From the IMG/VR virus record IMGVR_UViG_2061766007_004262: 39,674 nt of DNA; one strand, 5' to 3'. A model generated the notes under the pieces. The model did no database searches and was not told the origin of the DNA. It saw only the letters and a list, made by a program, of their open reading frames with translations. Both the position numbers and the translations under genes were made by a program. The stretch's first letter is position 1; each line of letters begins with the position of its first letter. Shown in pieces: positions 19,964 to 28,370 of this stretch. Source of the DNA: an uncultured virus (IMG/VR IMGVR_UViG_2061766007_004262). Its lineage: Duplodnaviria > Heunggongvirae > Uroviricota > Caudoviricetes.

Positions 19964-21097
19964 ATGCCTGATCATGCTTTACTATCCGCTTCCTCCAGCC
20001 ATCGCTGGCTGGCCTGCCCGCCCAGCGCAAAACTCTGCGCGGCGCATCCTGACAGAACATCGCCTTATGCCCAGCAGGGCACGGAAGCACACAGCCTTGC
20101 CGCTTATAAGGTGATGAAGGCTCTGGGCATGGACGCAAAAGACCTGACCGGGAGCCTGGAGTTTTTCGATCAGGAGATGGCCGACTGCACGGATGCCTAC
20201 TGCGCCTTTGTAATGGAGCAGCTGGCTGAAGCAAAGAAGCACTGCGCTGATCCCGTCGTACTGGTGGAACAGCGGCTGGACTTCTCCCGCTGGGTTCCGG
20301 AGGGTTTCGGTACCGGAGACGCCTGCATCGTGGCGGACGATGTTCTTCAGGTGATCGACCTTAAATACGGCGTCGGCATTCTGGTGAGCGCAGAACACAA
20401 CCCTCAGATGATGTGCTACGCGCTGGGGCTGCTCGAAGCCTATGACGGAATCTATGATGTCCGCACAATAAGGATGAGCATCTTTCAGCCGAGACGGGAA
20501 AATGAAACCAACTTCGAAATGAGCAAAGCTGACCTTCTGGGGTGGGCAGAGACTGTTCTTTTACCAACAGCACAGTTAGCCTTCAAAGGTGAGGGCGAAT
20601 TCCGCGCCGGGGAGCACTGTCAGTTCTGCAGTGTCAAAGCTACCTGCCGGAAACGGACGGAGTACAACCTGGAGATGGCCCGGTATGACTTTGAGGTTCC
20701 GTCCGAACTCACCAATGACGAGATCGCCGCAATCCTGCCCCGGATCGATGAGCTGATCGCGTGGGGCGGTGACGTGAAGGAGTATGCGCTGCGGCAGGCA
20801 GTCTCAGGCACGCACTATCCCGGCTTCAAGTTGGTCGAGGGACGATCCGTCACCAAATACACCGACGAAGAAGCCGCGGCAGCCGCGGTGAAAGCAGCAG
20901 GCGAAGACCCCTATGAAAGGAAGCTACTCGGCATCACAGCCATGAAGGCGCTTCTCGGAAGAAAACGATTCGACGAAATCTTGGGCGGGCTCACGTTCAA
21001 GCCGTCGGGAAAGCCAACCTTAGTACCTGAGTCGGACAAGCGTCCGGCCATGACTACAGCGAAAAACGATTTTGAGGAGGATACCATCCATGAGTAA
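19964..21097 (+). CDS. DUF2800-family PD-(D/E)XK (Cas4-like) phage nuclease
   Basis: HALLSASSSHRWLACPPS, GFGTGD, IDLKYG, NPQMMCY and C-x2-C-x5-C. Confidence 0.88.
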   Translation: MPDHALLSASSSHRWLACPPSAKLCAAHPDRTSPYAQQGTEAHSLAAYKVMKALGMDAKDLTGSLEFFDQEMADCTDAYCAFVMEQLAEAKKHCADPVVLVEQRLDFSRWVPEGFGTGDACIVADDVLQVIDLKYGVGILVSAEHNPQMMCYALGLLEAYDGIYDVRTIRMSIFQPRRENETNFEMSKADLLGWAETVLLPTAQLAFKGEGEFRAGEHCQFCSVKATCRKRTEYNLEMARYDFEVPSELTNDEIAAILPRIDELIAWGGDVKEYALRQAVSGTHYPGFKLVEGRSVTKYTDEEAAAAAVKAAGEDPYERKLLGITAMKALLGRKRFDEILGGLTFKPSGKPTLVPESDKRPAMTTAKNDFEEDTIHE

Positions 21098-21653
21098 GTT
21101 CGTAAATCCCTGCAAAGTAATAACCGGTCCCAACACCCGCTGGTCCTACGCAAACGTGTGGGAGGCCCGCTCCATAAACGGCGGGACACCCAAGTTCTCC
21201 ATCTCCCTGATCATTCCGAAAACGGATACCGCGACCATCGAGAAGATCAACAACGCTATACGCGCCGCGTACGAGGAAGGCCAGAGCAAGCTGAAAGGCA
21301 CCAGCAAGTACATGCCTGCGCTCGAGGACATAAAAATCCCGCTTCGCGATGGCGACAAGGAGCGCAAGGGCGATCCCACATATGCAGGGTGCATGTTCAT
21401 CAACGCCAACAGCAGCACCGCGCCTGGAATCGTGGACGCCGACCGTCAACCCATTCTCGAACGTTCCGAGGTGTACTCCGGCGTCTACGGCCGGGCCAGC
21501 ATCACGCTGTATGCCTTCAACAGCAACGGCAACCGCGGCATCGCCTGCGGCCTGAACAACCTGCAGAAGATCCGCGACGGTGAACCGCTGGGCAGCCGCA
21601 GCCGGGCTGAGGACGACTTCGATACCGACGATGATGACGATTTCCTGTCATAA
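21090..21653 (+). CDS. DUF2815-family phage ssDNA-binding protein
   Basis: RWSYANVWE, PLRDGD, VYSGVY, GIACGLNNLQK and acidic tail DDDDDFLS; RBS GAGGAGG. Confidence 0.9.
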   Translation: MSKFVNPCKVITGPNTRWSYANVWEARSINGGTPKFSISLIIPKTDTATIEKINNAIRAAYEEGQSKLKGTSKYMPALEDIKIPLRDGDKERKGDPTYAGCMFINANSSTAPGIVDADRQPILERSEVYSGVYGRASITLYAFNSNGNRGIACGLNNLQKIRDGEPLGSRSRAEDDFDTDDDDDFLS

Positions 21654-21710
21654 GAAAAACACCGGGCGGCAGGGTGATGAGCTCTGCTGCCCGGCGTATG
21701 TGAGGGTATT

Positions 21711-23693
21711 ATGAAAACAATCTCAATAGACATAGAGACCCGGAGCAGCCTGGATCTCGGAAAATGCGGGGTTTATAAGTATGTCGAAAGTCCTGATTTC
21801 GATATCCTGCTCTTCGGATACGCCATTGACGGCGGCGATGTACAGGTTGTCGACCTGGCTTGCGGCGAGCAGATTCCGGAGGAAGTGCTGCAGGCAATCG
21901 TCGACGAATCTGTTTTGAAATGGGCGTATAATGCGTCTTTCGAGAGAATCTGCATGTCGAGATGGCTAAGGAAAAACAGGCCTGATCTGTTTCGGAGCTA
22001 CGGCGTACCGGAGGACACCGTGGGCAACTATCTCGATCCGCGGTCGTGGCGTTGCTCCCTAGTATGGTCGGCTTATCTGGGCCTGCCTTTGTCGCTGCAG
22101 GGCGTCGGTGCTGTGTTGAAACTGAATAACCAAAAAATGACAGAGGGCAAAGCGCTCATCCGCTATTTCTGCATGCCCTGCAAGCCGACGAACACAAACG
22201 GCGGCAGGACATGGAATCTGCCGGAGCATGCGCCTGACAAATGGGCGGTGTTTAAAGAGTATAACAAGCGCGATGTTGAGGTGGAAATGGCAATACAGAA
22301 AAAACTGTCCGGGTTTCCCGTCCCGGATTCCGTTTGGGAGGAATACCATCTGTCCGAAGAAATAAACGACAGAGGAATCTTGCTTGACAGAGAAATGGTC
22401 AGACAGGCCATTGCCCTTGACGATTTATCCCGGGACGAACTCTCCACTGAGATGCAGCGACTGACGCAGATGGAGAATCCAAACTCGGTAGCGCAGATGA
22501 AACAGTGGCTGGCCGATCACGGGATGGAGGTGGAATCGCTGGACAAAAAGGCTATAAAAGAGCTATTGAAAACAGCGCCTCCCGAGCTAGCCAAGGCTCT
22601 GGAGCTCCGTCAGCAGCTTGCCCGGTCGAGCGTGAAAAAATACATCGCAATGGAAAACTGTGTCTGCGCTGACGGACGGTGCCGCGGCATGTTCCAGTTC
22701 TATGGTGCGAACCGCTCCGGGCGATGGGCAGGCAGGCTGGTTCAATTGCAAAATCTTCCCCAGAATCATATACCTGACCTTGCCTCTGCTCGAGAACTTG
22801 TGAAAGCCGGGGACTACGAAATGCTAAGGCTGCTGTACGAAGATGTGCCCGACACACTCAGCCAGCTGATCAGGACAGCCTTTGTGCCGAAATCTGGGTA
22901 CAAGTTTATCGTCAGCGACTTCAGCGCTATTGAAGCGAGAGTGATCGCGCATCTGGCCGGTGAGACGTGGCGCACAGAAGTGTTCCGCAAAAATGGAGAT
23001 ATTTACTGTGCCAGCGCCAGCGCAATGTTCGGCGTACCCGTGGAAAAGCACGGCGTAAACGGGCATCTGCGCCAGAAAGGAAAGATAGCGGAACTGGCGC
23101 TTGGCTACGGCGGCAGCGTCGGCGCTTTGAAAGCGATGGGTGCGCTGGATATGGGATTAAAGGAAGAGGAGCTCCAGCCGCTGGTCAACGCGTGGCGGCA
23201 ATCCAATCCAAACATCGTGGCGCTATGGTGGGATGTGGACGACGCGGTGAAGCAGGCGATCCGTGGACAGACGATGACAGAAACGCACGGCTTACAATTC
23301 GTTTATAAGAGCAGCATGCTGTTCATACAACTCCCGTCCGGCAGGCGGCTGGCTTATGTGAAGCCAAAAATCGGTGTAAACAAGTTCGGCGGTGAATCTG
23401 TCACCTACGAAGGCGTCGGCACTATGAAAAAATGGGAGCGGATCGAAAGCTATGGTCCGAAGTTCGTTGAAAACATCGTGCAGGCGACCAGCAGAGACAT
23501 CCTGTGCTATGCAATGCAGACGCTGAGCCACTGTTTCATCTGCGGACACATCCACGATGAACTAATTATTGAGGCTGGCACCGGTGTGTACCTGCAGGCA
23601 GTTTGTGAGCAGATGGGCCGCGTTCCACCGTGGATTTCAGGGGCAGTATTGAGGGCGGATGGATATGAGTGCGAGTTTTATAAGAAAGACTGA
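21711..23693 (+). CDS. Phage family A DNA polymerase
   Basis: Exonuclease DIET and YNASFE; SGRWAG, DFSAIEARV, RQKGKIAELALGYG and HIHDE. Confidence 0.93.
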   Translation: MKTISIDIETRSSLDLGKCGVYKYVESPDFDILLFGYAIDGGDVQVVDLACGEQIPEEVLQAIVDESVLKWAYNASFERICMSRWLRKNRPDLFRSYGVPEDTVGNYLDPRSWRCSLVWSAYLGLPLSLQGVGAVLKLNNQKMTEGKALIRYFCMPCKPTNTNGGRTWNLPEHAPDKWAVFKEYNKRDVEVEMAIQKKLSGFPVPDSVWEEYHLSEEINDRGILLDREMVRQAIALDDLSRDELSTEMQRLTQMENPNSVAQMKQWLADHGMEVESLDKKAIKELLKTAPPELAKALELRQQLARSSVKKYIAMENCVCADGRCRGMFQFYGANRSGRWAGRLVQLQNLPQNHIPDLASARELVKAGDYEMLRLLYEDVPDTLSQLIRTAFVPKSGYKFIVSDFSAIEARVIAHLAGETWRTEVFRKNGDIYCASASAMFGVPVEKHGVNGHLRQKGKIAELALGYGGSVGALKAMGALDMGLKEEELQPLVNAWRQSNPNIVALWWDVDDAVKQAIRGQTMTETHGLQFVYKSSMLFIQLPSGRRLAYVKPKIGVNKFGGESVTYEGVGTMKKWERIESYGPKFVENIVQATSRDILCYAMQTLSHCFICGHIHDELIIEAGTGVYLQAVCEQMGRVPPWISGAVLRADGYECEFYKKD

Positions 23694-23763
23694 GGCTAAA
23701 CTCAAAAGTCTGGTCTCTTATATTGGCGATTACCTGATAAAATGAGGAATCGGTAAAGCACTA

Positions 23764-23841
23764 TGGGGTGCAAGAGCGGATTCGAACCGCTGACCTCCGG
23801 GGCCACAACCCGGCGCTCTAATCAACTGAGCTACCTGCACC
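23764..23841 (-). tRNA. tRNA-His(GTG) with encoded G-1 and CCA
   Basis: Cloverleaf G-GTGCAGG/CTTGCAC-C-CCA; anticodon arm CCGGG-TTGTGGC-CCCGG; TTCGAAT. Confidence 0.93.
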
Positions 23842-23849
23842 ATAACCAG

Positions 23850-23922
23850 TGCGCCTTCGGAGGCTCGGACTCCGGACCCTCGCATTAAAAGTGCGATGCT
23901 CTTCCAACTGAGCTAAAGACGC
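23850..23922 (-). tRNA. tRNA-Lys(TTT), atypical T-loop
   Basis: GCGTCTT/AAGGCGC-A; arm TCGCA-CTTTTAA-TGCGA; T-loop TCCGAGC; no CCA. Confidence 0.85.
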
Positions 23923-23928
23923 ATATTC

Positions 23929-24002
23929 CAGTTCCGACGGGGCTCGAACCCACGATCTCCTGCGTGACAGGCAGGCGTGATAGCCAACTTCACTACGGAA
24001 CT
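23929..24002 (-). tRNA. tRNA-Asp(GTC)
   Basis: AGTTCCG/CGGAACT-G; arm CCTGC-CTGTCAC-GCAGG; TTCGAGC; no CCA. Confidence 0.9.
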
Positions 24003-24011
24003 ATACTGTAA

Positions 24012-24085
24012 TGGCCCCTGCCGGATTCGAACCGAGCATTGCCGCCTTGAAAGGGCGGTGACCTGACCTGTTAGTCGAAGGGGTC
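24012..24085 (-). tRNA. tRNA-Glu(TTC)
   Basis: GACCCCT/AGGGGCC-A with a 2:71 mismatch; arm CCGCC-CTTTCAA-GGCGG; TTCGAAT. Confidence 0.85.
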
Positions 24086-24117
24086 ATGTCAGCCCTGTTG
24101 CCAGAGCTGAGGTCTAT

Positions 24118-24375
24118 TCATGCGGTGATTCGGGTCTGTTGTGCATTCCTTTGAAAAATGAGAATGTCGTCAATCCGTACCCCGAAAACCACTGCGAGAA
24201 CCACGAGATTGTCTACCGTCGGCAAGGCCGTTCCGCGCTGCCACTTGTATATAGCCTGCGGAGTGGTAAAACCGAAAATGTCCTGAAGGTCTCTCACTGT
24301 CATACCCGCGTTTACTCGCAAGCGGGTTATGTTTATTCCGGTTGCGGTCATGTCTATGACCGGTATCTGATTCAT
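24118..24375 (-). CDS. XRE-family helix-turn-helix protein
   Basis: NITRLR...TVRDLQ...TPQAIYKWQRG..LP.VDNL..LA; RBS AGGAG. Confidence 0.88.
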   Translation of the reverse strand: MNQIPVIDMTATGINITRLRVNAGMTVRDLQDIFGFTTPQAIYKWQRGTALPTVDNLVVLAVVFGVRIDDILIFQRNAQQTRITA

Positions 24376-24420
24376 TTTATTTCCGCTCCTGTTCCGGCGA
24401 AGAGCCGGAAAGGAACCGGC

Positions 24421-25617
24421 TCAGTTCGCCTTAAAGTTGTATATAGGTTTCAATACTTCTATGATGTCTACACTCTCACTGATCACATCGATGATGTCTG
24501 CCAGCGACTTATAAGCCATAGGCGCTTCATCCAGAGTGGCCTCACTGACTGACGTGGTGTACACACCGGCCATCTCTCTGCGGTATTCCTCCATGTCAAG
24601 GCGTTCTTTTGCCGCAGTACGCGACATGATGCGCCCAGCACCGTGAGGAGCAGAGAAGTTCCAGTCTTCATTACCCTTTCCGATGGCAAGAATACTCCCG
24701 TCGCGCATGTTGATGGGGATCAGTACCTTTTCACCTTTATGAGCAGCGATGGCACCTTTTCTGAGAATCATTTCATTGGTATCGATGTAGTTGTGGATGG
24801 TATGGAATGCATCCACAGGCTCGATCCCAAGGAGACCTGTAATGATCTCCGCCATCCGTTCCCTGCTTCTACACGCAAATCTCTGGCATATTTCCACATC
24901 ATGGAGGTAGTCCTCCAGATATTTGCCGTATACGAAGCAGAGATCCTCCGGAATGGTCGCCTCGCGTCTGTCCCATTTCAACGCCTTCAGCGCGCCTTCG
25001 ATTTCCTTGCGCCGGCCTGCCGCTTTGTATTCGGCAATAAGGGCATCACGCTTTGCGAAATACTCCTCCTTGCCTTTGTTCAGGTCAATGGCGAGCTGCT
25101 GGTAATATTCCTCTACCTGTTTTCCCAAATTACGGGAGCCGGAATGAATGACCAGGTATTTTGTACCGTCGGCTGCCCGGTCGATCTCTATAAAATGGTT
25201 CCCGCCGCCGAGCGTACCAAGGCTGCGCTCCAGGCGCTTTGAGTCTTTCAAACCGCGGAAGCAACGAAGATCCGTTAGATCGAAGCGTTCCTGCCGTCCT
25301 TCCCAGACATTCATGCCGGAAGGAATATAGTGCGCAGCCGCATCCATCTGCTCCATATCGATTTCCCCGCGTCCCAGGTTGACCGTGTACATGCCGCAGC
25401 CGATGTCAACCCCCACTACATTCGGGACAGCTTTATCGGTGACCGTCATGGTTGTGCCGATAGTGCATCCTTTTCCTGCATGGACATCAGGCATAATCCG
25501 AATACGGCTTCCCACAGTGAATTCATAGTCGCACATCCTGCGGATCTGCTCAATTGCTTCGTCCTCAATGACACTGGCATAGCAGAGAGCGGTATTTACT
25601 TTTCCTTTTATCTCCAT
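24421..25617 (-). CDS. rtcB: RtcB RNA ligase (398 aa)
   Basis: PDVHAGKG, GVDIGCG, GTLGGGNHF, HSGSRNLG, HNY, HGAGR and DEAPMAYK; start placed at MEIKG, downstream of the terminator. Confidence 0.95.
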   Translation of the reverse strand: MEIKGKVNTALCYASVIEDEAIEQIRRMCDYEFTVGSRIRIMPDVHAGKGCTIGTTMTVTDKAVPNVVGVDIGCGMYTVNLGRGEIDMEQMDAAAHYIPSGMNVWEGRQERFDLTDLRCFRGLKDSKRLERSLGTLGGGNHFIEIDRAADGTKYLVIHSGSRNLGKQVEEYYQQLAIDLNKGKEEYFAKRDALIAEYKAAGRRKEIEGALKALKWDRREATIPEDLCFVYGKYLEDYLHDVEICQRFACRSRERMAEIITGLLGIEPVDAFHTIHNYIDTNEMILRKGAIAAHKGEKVLIPINMRDGSILAIGKGNEDWNFSAPHGAGRIMSRTAAKERLDMEEYRREMAGVYTTSVSEATLDEAPMAYKSLADIIDVISESVDIIEVLKPIYNFKAN

Positions 25618-25648
25618 CGTCTTTATCACTTCCCTGTGTTTGTACGTG

Positions 25649-25684
25649 AAAAAACCGCCTGCCTCATACAAGGCAAGCGGCTTT
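25649..25684 (-). terminator. Intrinsic terminator (attenuator) just upstream of rtcB
   Basis: GCCGCTTGCCTT-GTAT-GAGGCAGGCGGT then TTTTT. Confidence 0.85.
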
Positions 25685-25707
25685 GAGTCTATTTGATCCC
25701 GGCTTTT

Positions 25708-25830
25708 CTAAACCATGCAGCCATGCTTCTTTGCCTTATATGAGAGCGCGAAAAGACTATCCAGGTGTTCATCACTGGACAGGCATTCAGGGTGCTCTTT
25801 ATTTGGCATAACGAAGCAAACGGTAAGCAT
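25708..25830 (-). CDS. Putative 40-aa leader peptide of the rtcB operon
   Basis: RBS GAAAGGA; MLTVCFVMPNKEHPECLSSDEHLDSLFALSYKAKKHGCMV; lies between promoter and terminator and contains the antiterminator strand. Confidence 0.7.
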   Translation of the reverse strand: MLTVCFVMPNKEHPECLSSDEHLDSLFALSYKAKKHGCMV

Positions 25831-25871
25831 GTCTATTCCTTTCCGGGCGGTTGCCCTTTTGTTTTGCACAT

Positions 25872-25900
25872 ACTATAGCACTGATTTCCCGACTTGTAAA
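25872..25900 (-). promoter_or_regulatory. Sigma-70/SigA promoter of the leader-rtcB operon
   Basis: TTTACA-17 bp-TATAGT with extended TG. Confidence 0.75.
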
Positions 25901-25944
25901 TAAACCTGTAGTATAAAATCTGATTCTTAACTTTTTGATGCAAG

Positions 25945-26016
25945 TTAACCGATTTCCCAAATCACGGTCACTGTATCGGCAACTTCAATATCGTCCGGTT
26001 TGATGTCCATGTCATA
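25945..26016 (-). pseudogene. C-terminal remnant of a SIMPL/DUF541-like gene
   Basis: YDMDIKPDDIEVADTVTVIWEIG-stop resembles the SIMPL C-terminus; no upstream body. Confidence 0.45.
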
Positions 26017-26048
26017 AACGAGTATACAGGCAATCACACATAGAGTTT

Positions 26049-26819
26049 TCATGAATCCAATACTGAATATTTTATATCGTGACATATCTCCATCCACTTG
26101 TTGCTTAAATCATGATTCAGTCTTTCAAACAGTTTACTATCAAGCCTAACTTTGAAATATGCCTTAGATATTTCATACTCCAACGCGTATGTAAAAGCTG
26201 TGACCTCGTTTTCTTTGTTGCATATCCCAACAGAGATGAAAGACTTGTATAAAGCATCATAAAAGCTTGCTATCAAGTTTCGGAAGCGTAGTAGTTTAAT
26301 TGCATCTTCAATGAAATATACGGTTAGTGCAGACTGAACAATAATTATTAAAAGACTAGGATCATCAATCCAAAACATAGCAGAGAACATCACAATAACA
26401 CAAAGAATAGCTTTTATTGCCGCAGACGAAAGCATTTTAGATGCAATTTCCCTTGAAAAAAAAGCACTCTCCATACTGTTAGCGGCAAATTTCCCCATTG
26501 AAGGAGGCAATGTATTATTATAATAACCATCTGTCCTCAATTCGCTAAGTTGAACACTAAATGCATTCTCGATGTCATTCTTTCTACGTTCAGCCTCAGC
26601 ATTGTACCAAGAAAAGGAATCGTCTAATACTGTGAGAACTAAAAAAAGGAAAGCTGATATACCTTGGATAGAAGCACCTGCCTTTATAATTATATCCGCT
26701 TGGGGTAAAAATGGAAAGGCTATTCCGATAATAATATTAACCCAGAAAAACAACAGGGCCATTCTCTGCAATGCTTTTGATTGGTCATAGAATTTGCGAA
26801 TATCATCACGATTGCTCAT
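26049..26819 (-). CDS. SMODS-associated 4TM (S-4TM-like) CBASS membrane effector
   Basis: Two pairs of hydrophobic helices, AE.ERR and GYYNN motifs; 3 bp downstream of the nucleotidyltransferase. Confidence 0.7.
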   Translation of the reverse strand: MSNRDDIRKFYDQSKALQRMALLFFWVNIIIGIAFPFLPQADIIIKAGASIQGISAFLFLVLTVLDDSFSWYNAEAERRKNDIENAFSVQLSELRTDGYYNNTLPPSMGKFAANSMESAFFSREIASKMLSSAAIKAILCVIVMFSAMFWIDDPSLLIIIVQSALTVYFIEDAIKLLRFRNLIASFYDALYKSFISVGICNKENEVTAFTYALEYEISKAYFKVRLDSKLFERLNHDLSNKWMEICHDIKYSVLDS

Positions 26820-26822
26820 TTT

Positions 26823-27596
26823 TCATACCTCCGGAAAAGCTTTCTTTATCTCGGCATCTGCTGAAAAAGGCATATTACTCGCTTCATATTCCAGTGCTTT
26901 ATCTATATGATTGAGAGCAGACTGCACTCTAGTATAATCGGTTTTGTATTTGATTGCTTTCAGAGCACATTTTATGTAATCGACGTACATTGAGCATGAC
27001 CCATAAGCATACATTAAATCATTGGATACTGTTTCTTCTAGTAAGTATGATGCCATGTCTCGGTAGTTTTTATTCACGTTCCAGTGCTTTAGTAGGCGTA
27101 AAACAGGCTTAACTCTATATCTGTTGTTACGATTTGAAGAATTCACTGTGTCTTTAAGAGCATCTGGGTTAGTGTATTTCCATTCTGAAGCACCTTCAGG
27201 TATATAATATGATCCATGTTCTTTCTGCGCAGGAACCAACTCAAATTTGATGTGGTTTAGTTCGAGGACAATCGTTGGGCTTGATTGATATATTTCTGAG
27301 GAAGAATAGTAATGCTCCGCAAACTTCTTAAGTCGATTCAAATAAGTCTGAGGCTTATATCCATTCGCATTATCGAACACCACCATGATATCAACATCAG
27401 AATCATCATCAGATTTACGCGTTAGAATTGTATCTCTGTCATATGAACCAAATACTTTTTTTTCGATGATTTCTATGCCGAAGTAAAATGTGAGCCGCGA
27501 TTTGATGGTAGTAATAGAAGTCTCAATTCTATTTTCTTCGGAATCAACTACGCATAAATCAGTAGCGAGAGTTTGTAGATACGAATTAATACTCAT
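26823..27596 (-). CDS. SMODS/CD-NTase-family nucleotidyltransferase (CBASS cyclase)
   Basis: FGSYDRDT...SDVDIMVVF, FELVPA, W.YTNP, RLLKHWN and SYLLE. Confidence 0.85.
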   Translation of the reverse strand: MSINSYLQTLATDLCVVDSEENRIETSITTIKSRLTFYFGIEIIEKKVFGSYDRDTILTRKSDDDSDVDIMVVFDNANGYKPQTYLNRLKKFAEHYYSSSEIYQSSPTIVLELNHIKFELVPAQKEHGSYYIPEGASEWKYTNPDALKDTVNSSNRNNRYRVKPVLRLLKHWNVNKNYRDMASYLLEETVSNDLMYAYGSCSMYVDYIKCALKAIKYKTDYTRVQSALNHIDKALEYEASNMPFSADAEIKKAFPEV

Positions 27597-27690
27597 ACTA
27601 ATCCTCCGAGATCATAAACTTAGTACGTGAAAGTTCTATATCGTTTCCTTCTTCTCTCAACCTTTAGGCTGATGTTCGGAAGAGGATCGA

Positions 27691-28191
27691 TTAGCGTTTT
27701 GGAATTTTCGTGCTTTTGATCTTGATGCCCAAGGCAACCGCACCGAGAAGAAGTGCGCTACCTATAAACCAAGTGATGTATTTTGTCATGCCCGCGAGTA
27801 AGCCTTTATTTTTCGTGTCGAATGAAGCCATGTTGTCAGCTACATTTACCATCTTCTCCGCAAAGTAACGCCTGTCTGCAGGATCAAGCTTCTCATCCAA
27901 GGCAAGGCCACCAAGAGTGTTCAGCGTCTGCTTGTATCCTTCCATCACGTACCGGACGCTGTCACCATTTTCTCTGAGGATTGATTCGCACATTGTTTCG
28001 TAGTGGCTAACCAAGCTCATTGCACATCTTGTGAATTCAGGAAACTGTTCGATTATTCTGATGGCTACGTCCTTGTCCATCTCAGGTATCGCCGAAACAA
28101 ACTCAATCAGCTTATCCTTACTGAGATGGCGGAAGTCGGTGATGTTGAGATATTGTTTTACCTGTTCTGCTGTCAGCAGGCGATTCACCAT
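27691..28191 (-). CDS. Hypothetical protein with C-terminal membrane anchor
   Basis: 166 aa from the ATG 8 nt after GGAGG; ITWFIGSALLLGAVALGI plus a basic tail. Confidence 0.7.
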   Translation of the reverse strand: MVNRLLTAEQVKQYLNITDFRHLSKDKLIEFVSAIPEMDKDVAIRIIEQFPEFTRCAMSLVSHYETMCESILRENGDSVRYVMEGYKQTLNTLGGLALDEKLDPADRRYFAEKMVNVADNMASFDTKNKGLLAGMTKYITWFIGSALLLGAVALGIKIKSTKIPKR

Positions 28192-28224
28192 AGACATTAC
28201 CTCCGATACGTTATTGTGTCGGCA

Positions 28225-28253
28225 ATTATATATGATTGATAAACCGTTGTCAA
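28225..28253 (-). promoter_or_regulatory. Consensus sigma-70 promoter (leftward)
   Basis: TTGACA-17 bp-TATAAT. Confidence 0.85.
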
Positions 28254-28303
28254 TACATCAAATGTGTTAATTGGATAAAATATTCAAATTTTACACTAAG
28301 TGA

Positions 28304-28332
28304 TTGACAAACAGCAATAGATGTGATAATAT
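28304..28332 (+). promoter_or_regulatory. Sigma-70 promoter (rightward)
   Basis: TTGACA-17 bp-TAATAT with extended TG. Confidence 0.65.
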
Positions 28333-28370
28333 TTGAATACAATTTGGAATTTCAAGAGGAGAGGTGCCAT

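Noticed and set aside
19964..21097. Cas4-like gene suggesting CRISPR-Cas
   Set aside because: It sits in the usual DUF2800-DUF2815-polymerase phage module; I saw no repeat-spacer array or other cas genes.
23764..24085. tRNAs as the prophage attachment site
   Set aside because: No integrase and no duplicated tRNA 3' end in the window; the tRNAs are operonic with rtcB.
25618..25671. Longer rtcB N-terminus given by the ORF track (start 25671)
   Set aside because: That ATG lies inside the terminator hairpin with no RBS; MEIKG at 25617 is preferred.
25618..25870. T-box riboswitch upstream of rtcB
   Set aside because: No GGTGG-ACC T-box sequence; the leader ORF and antiterminator explain the region better.
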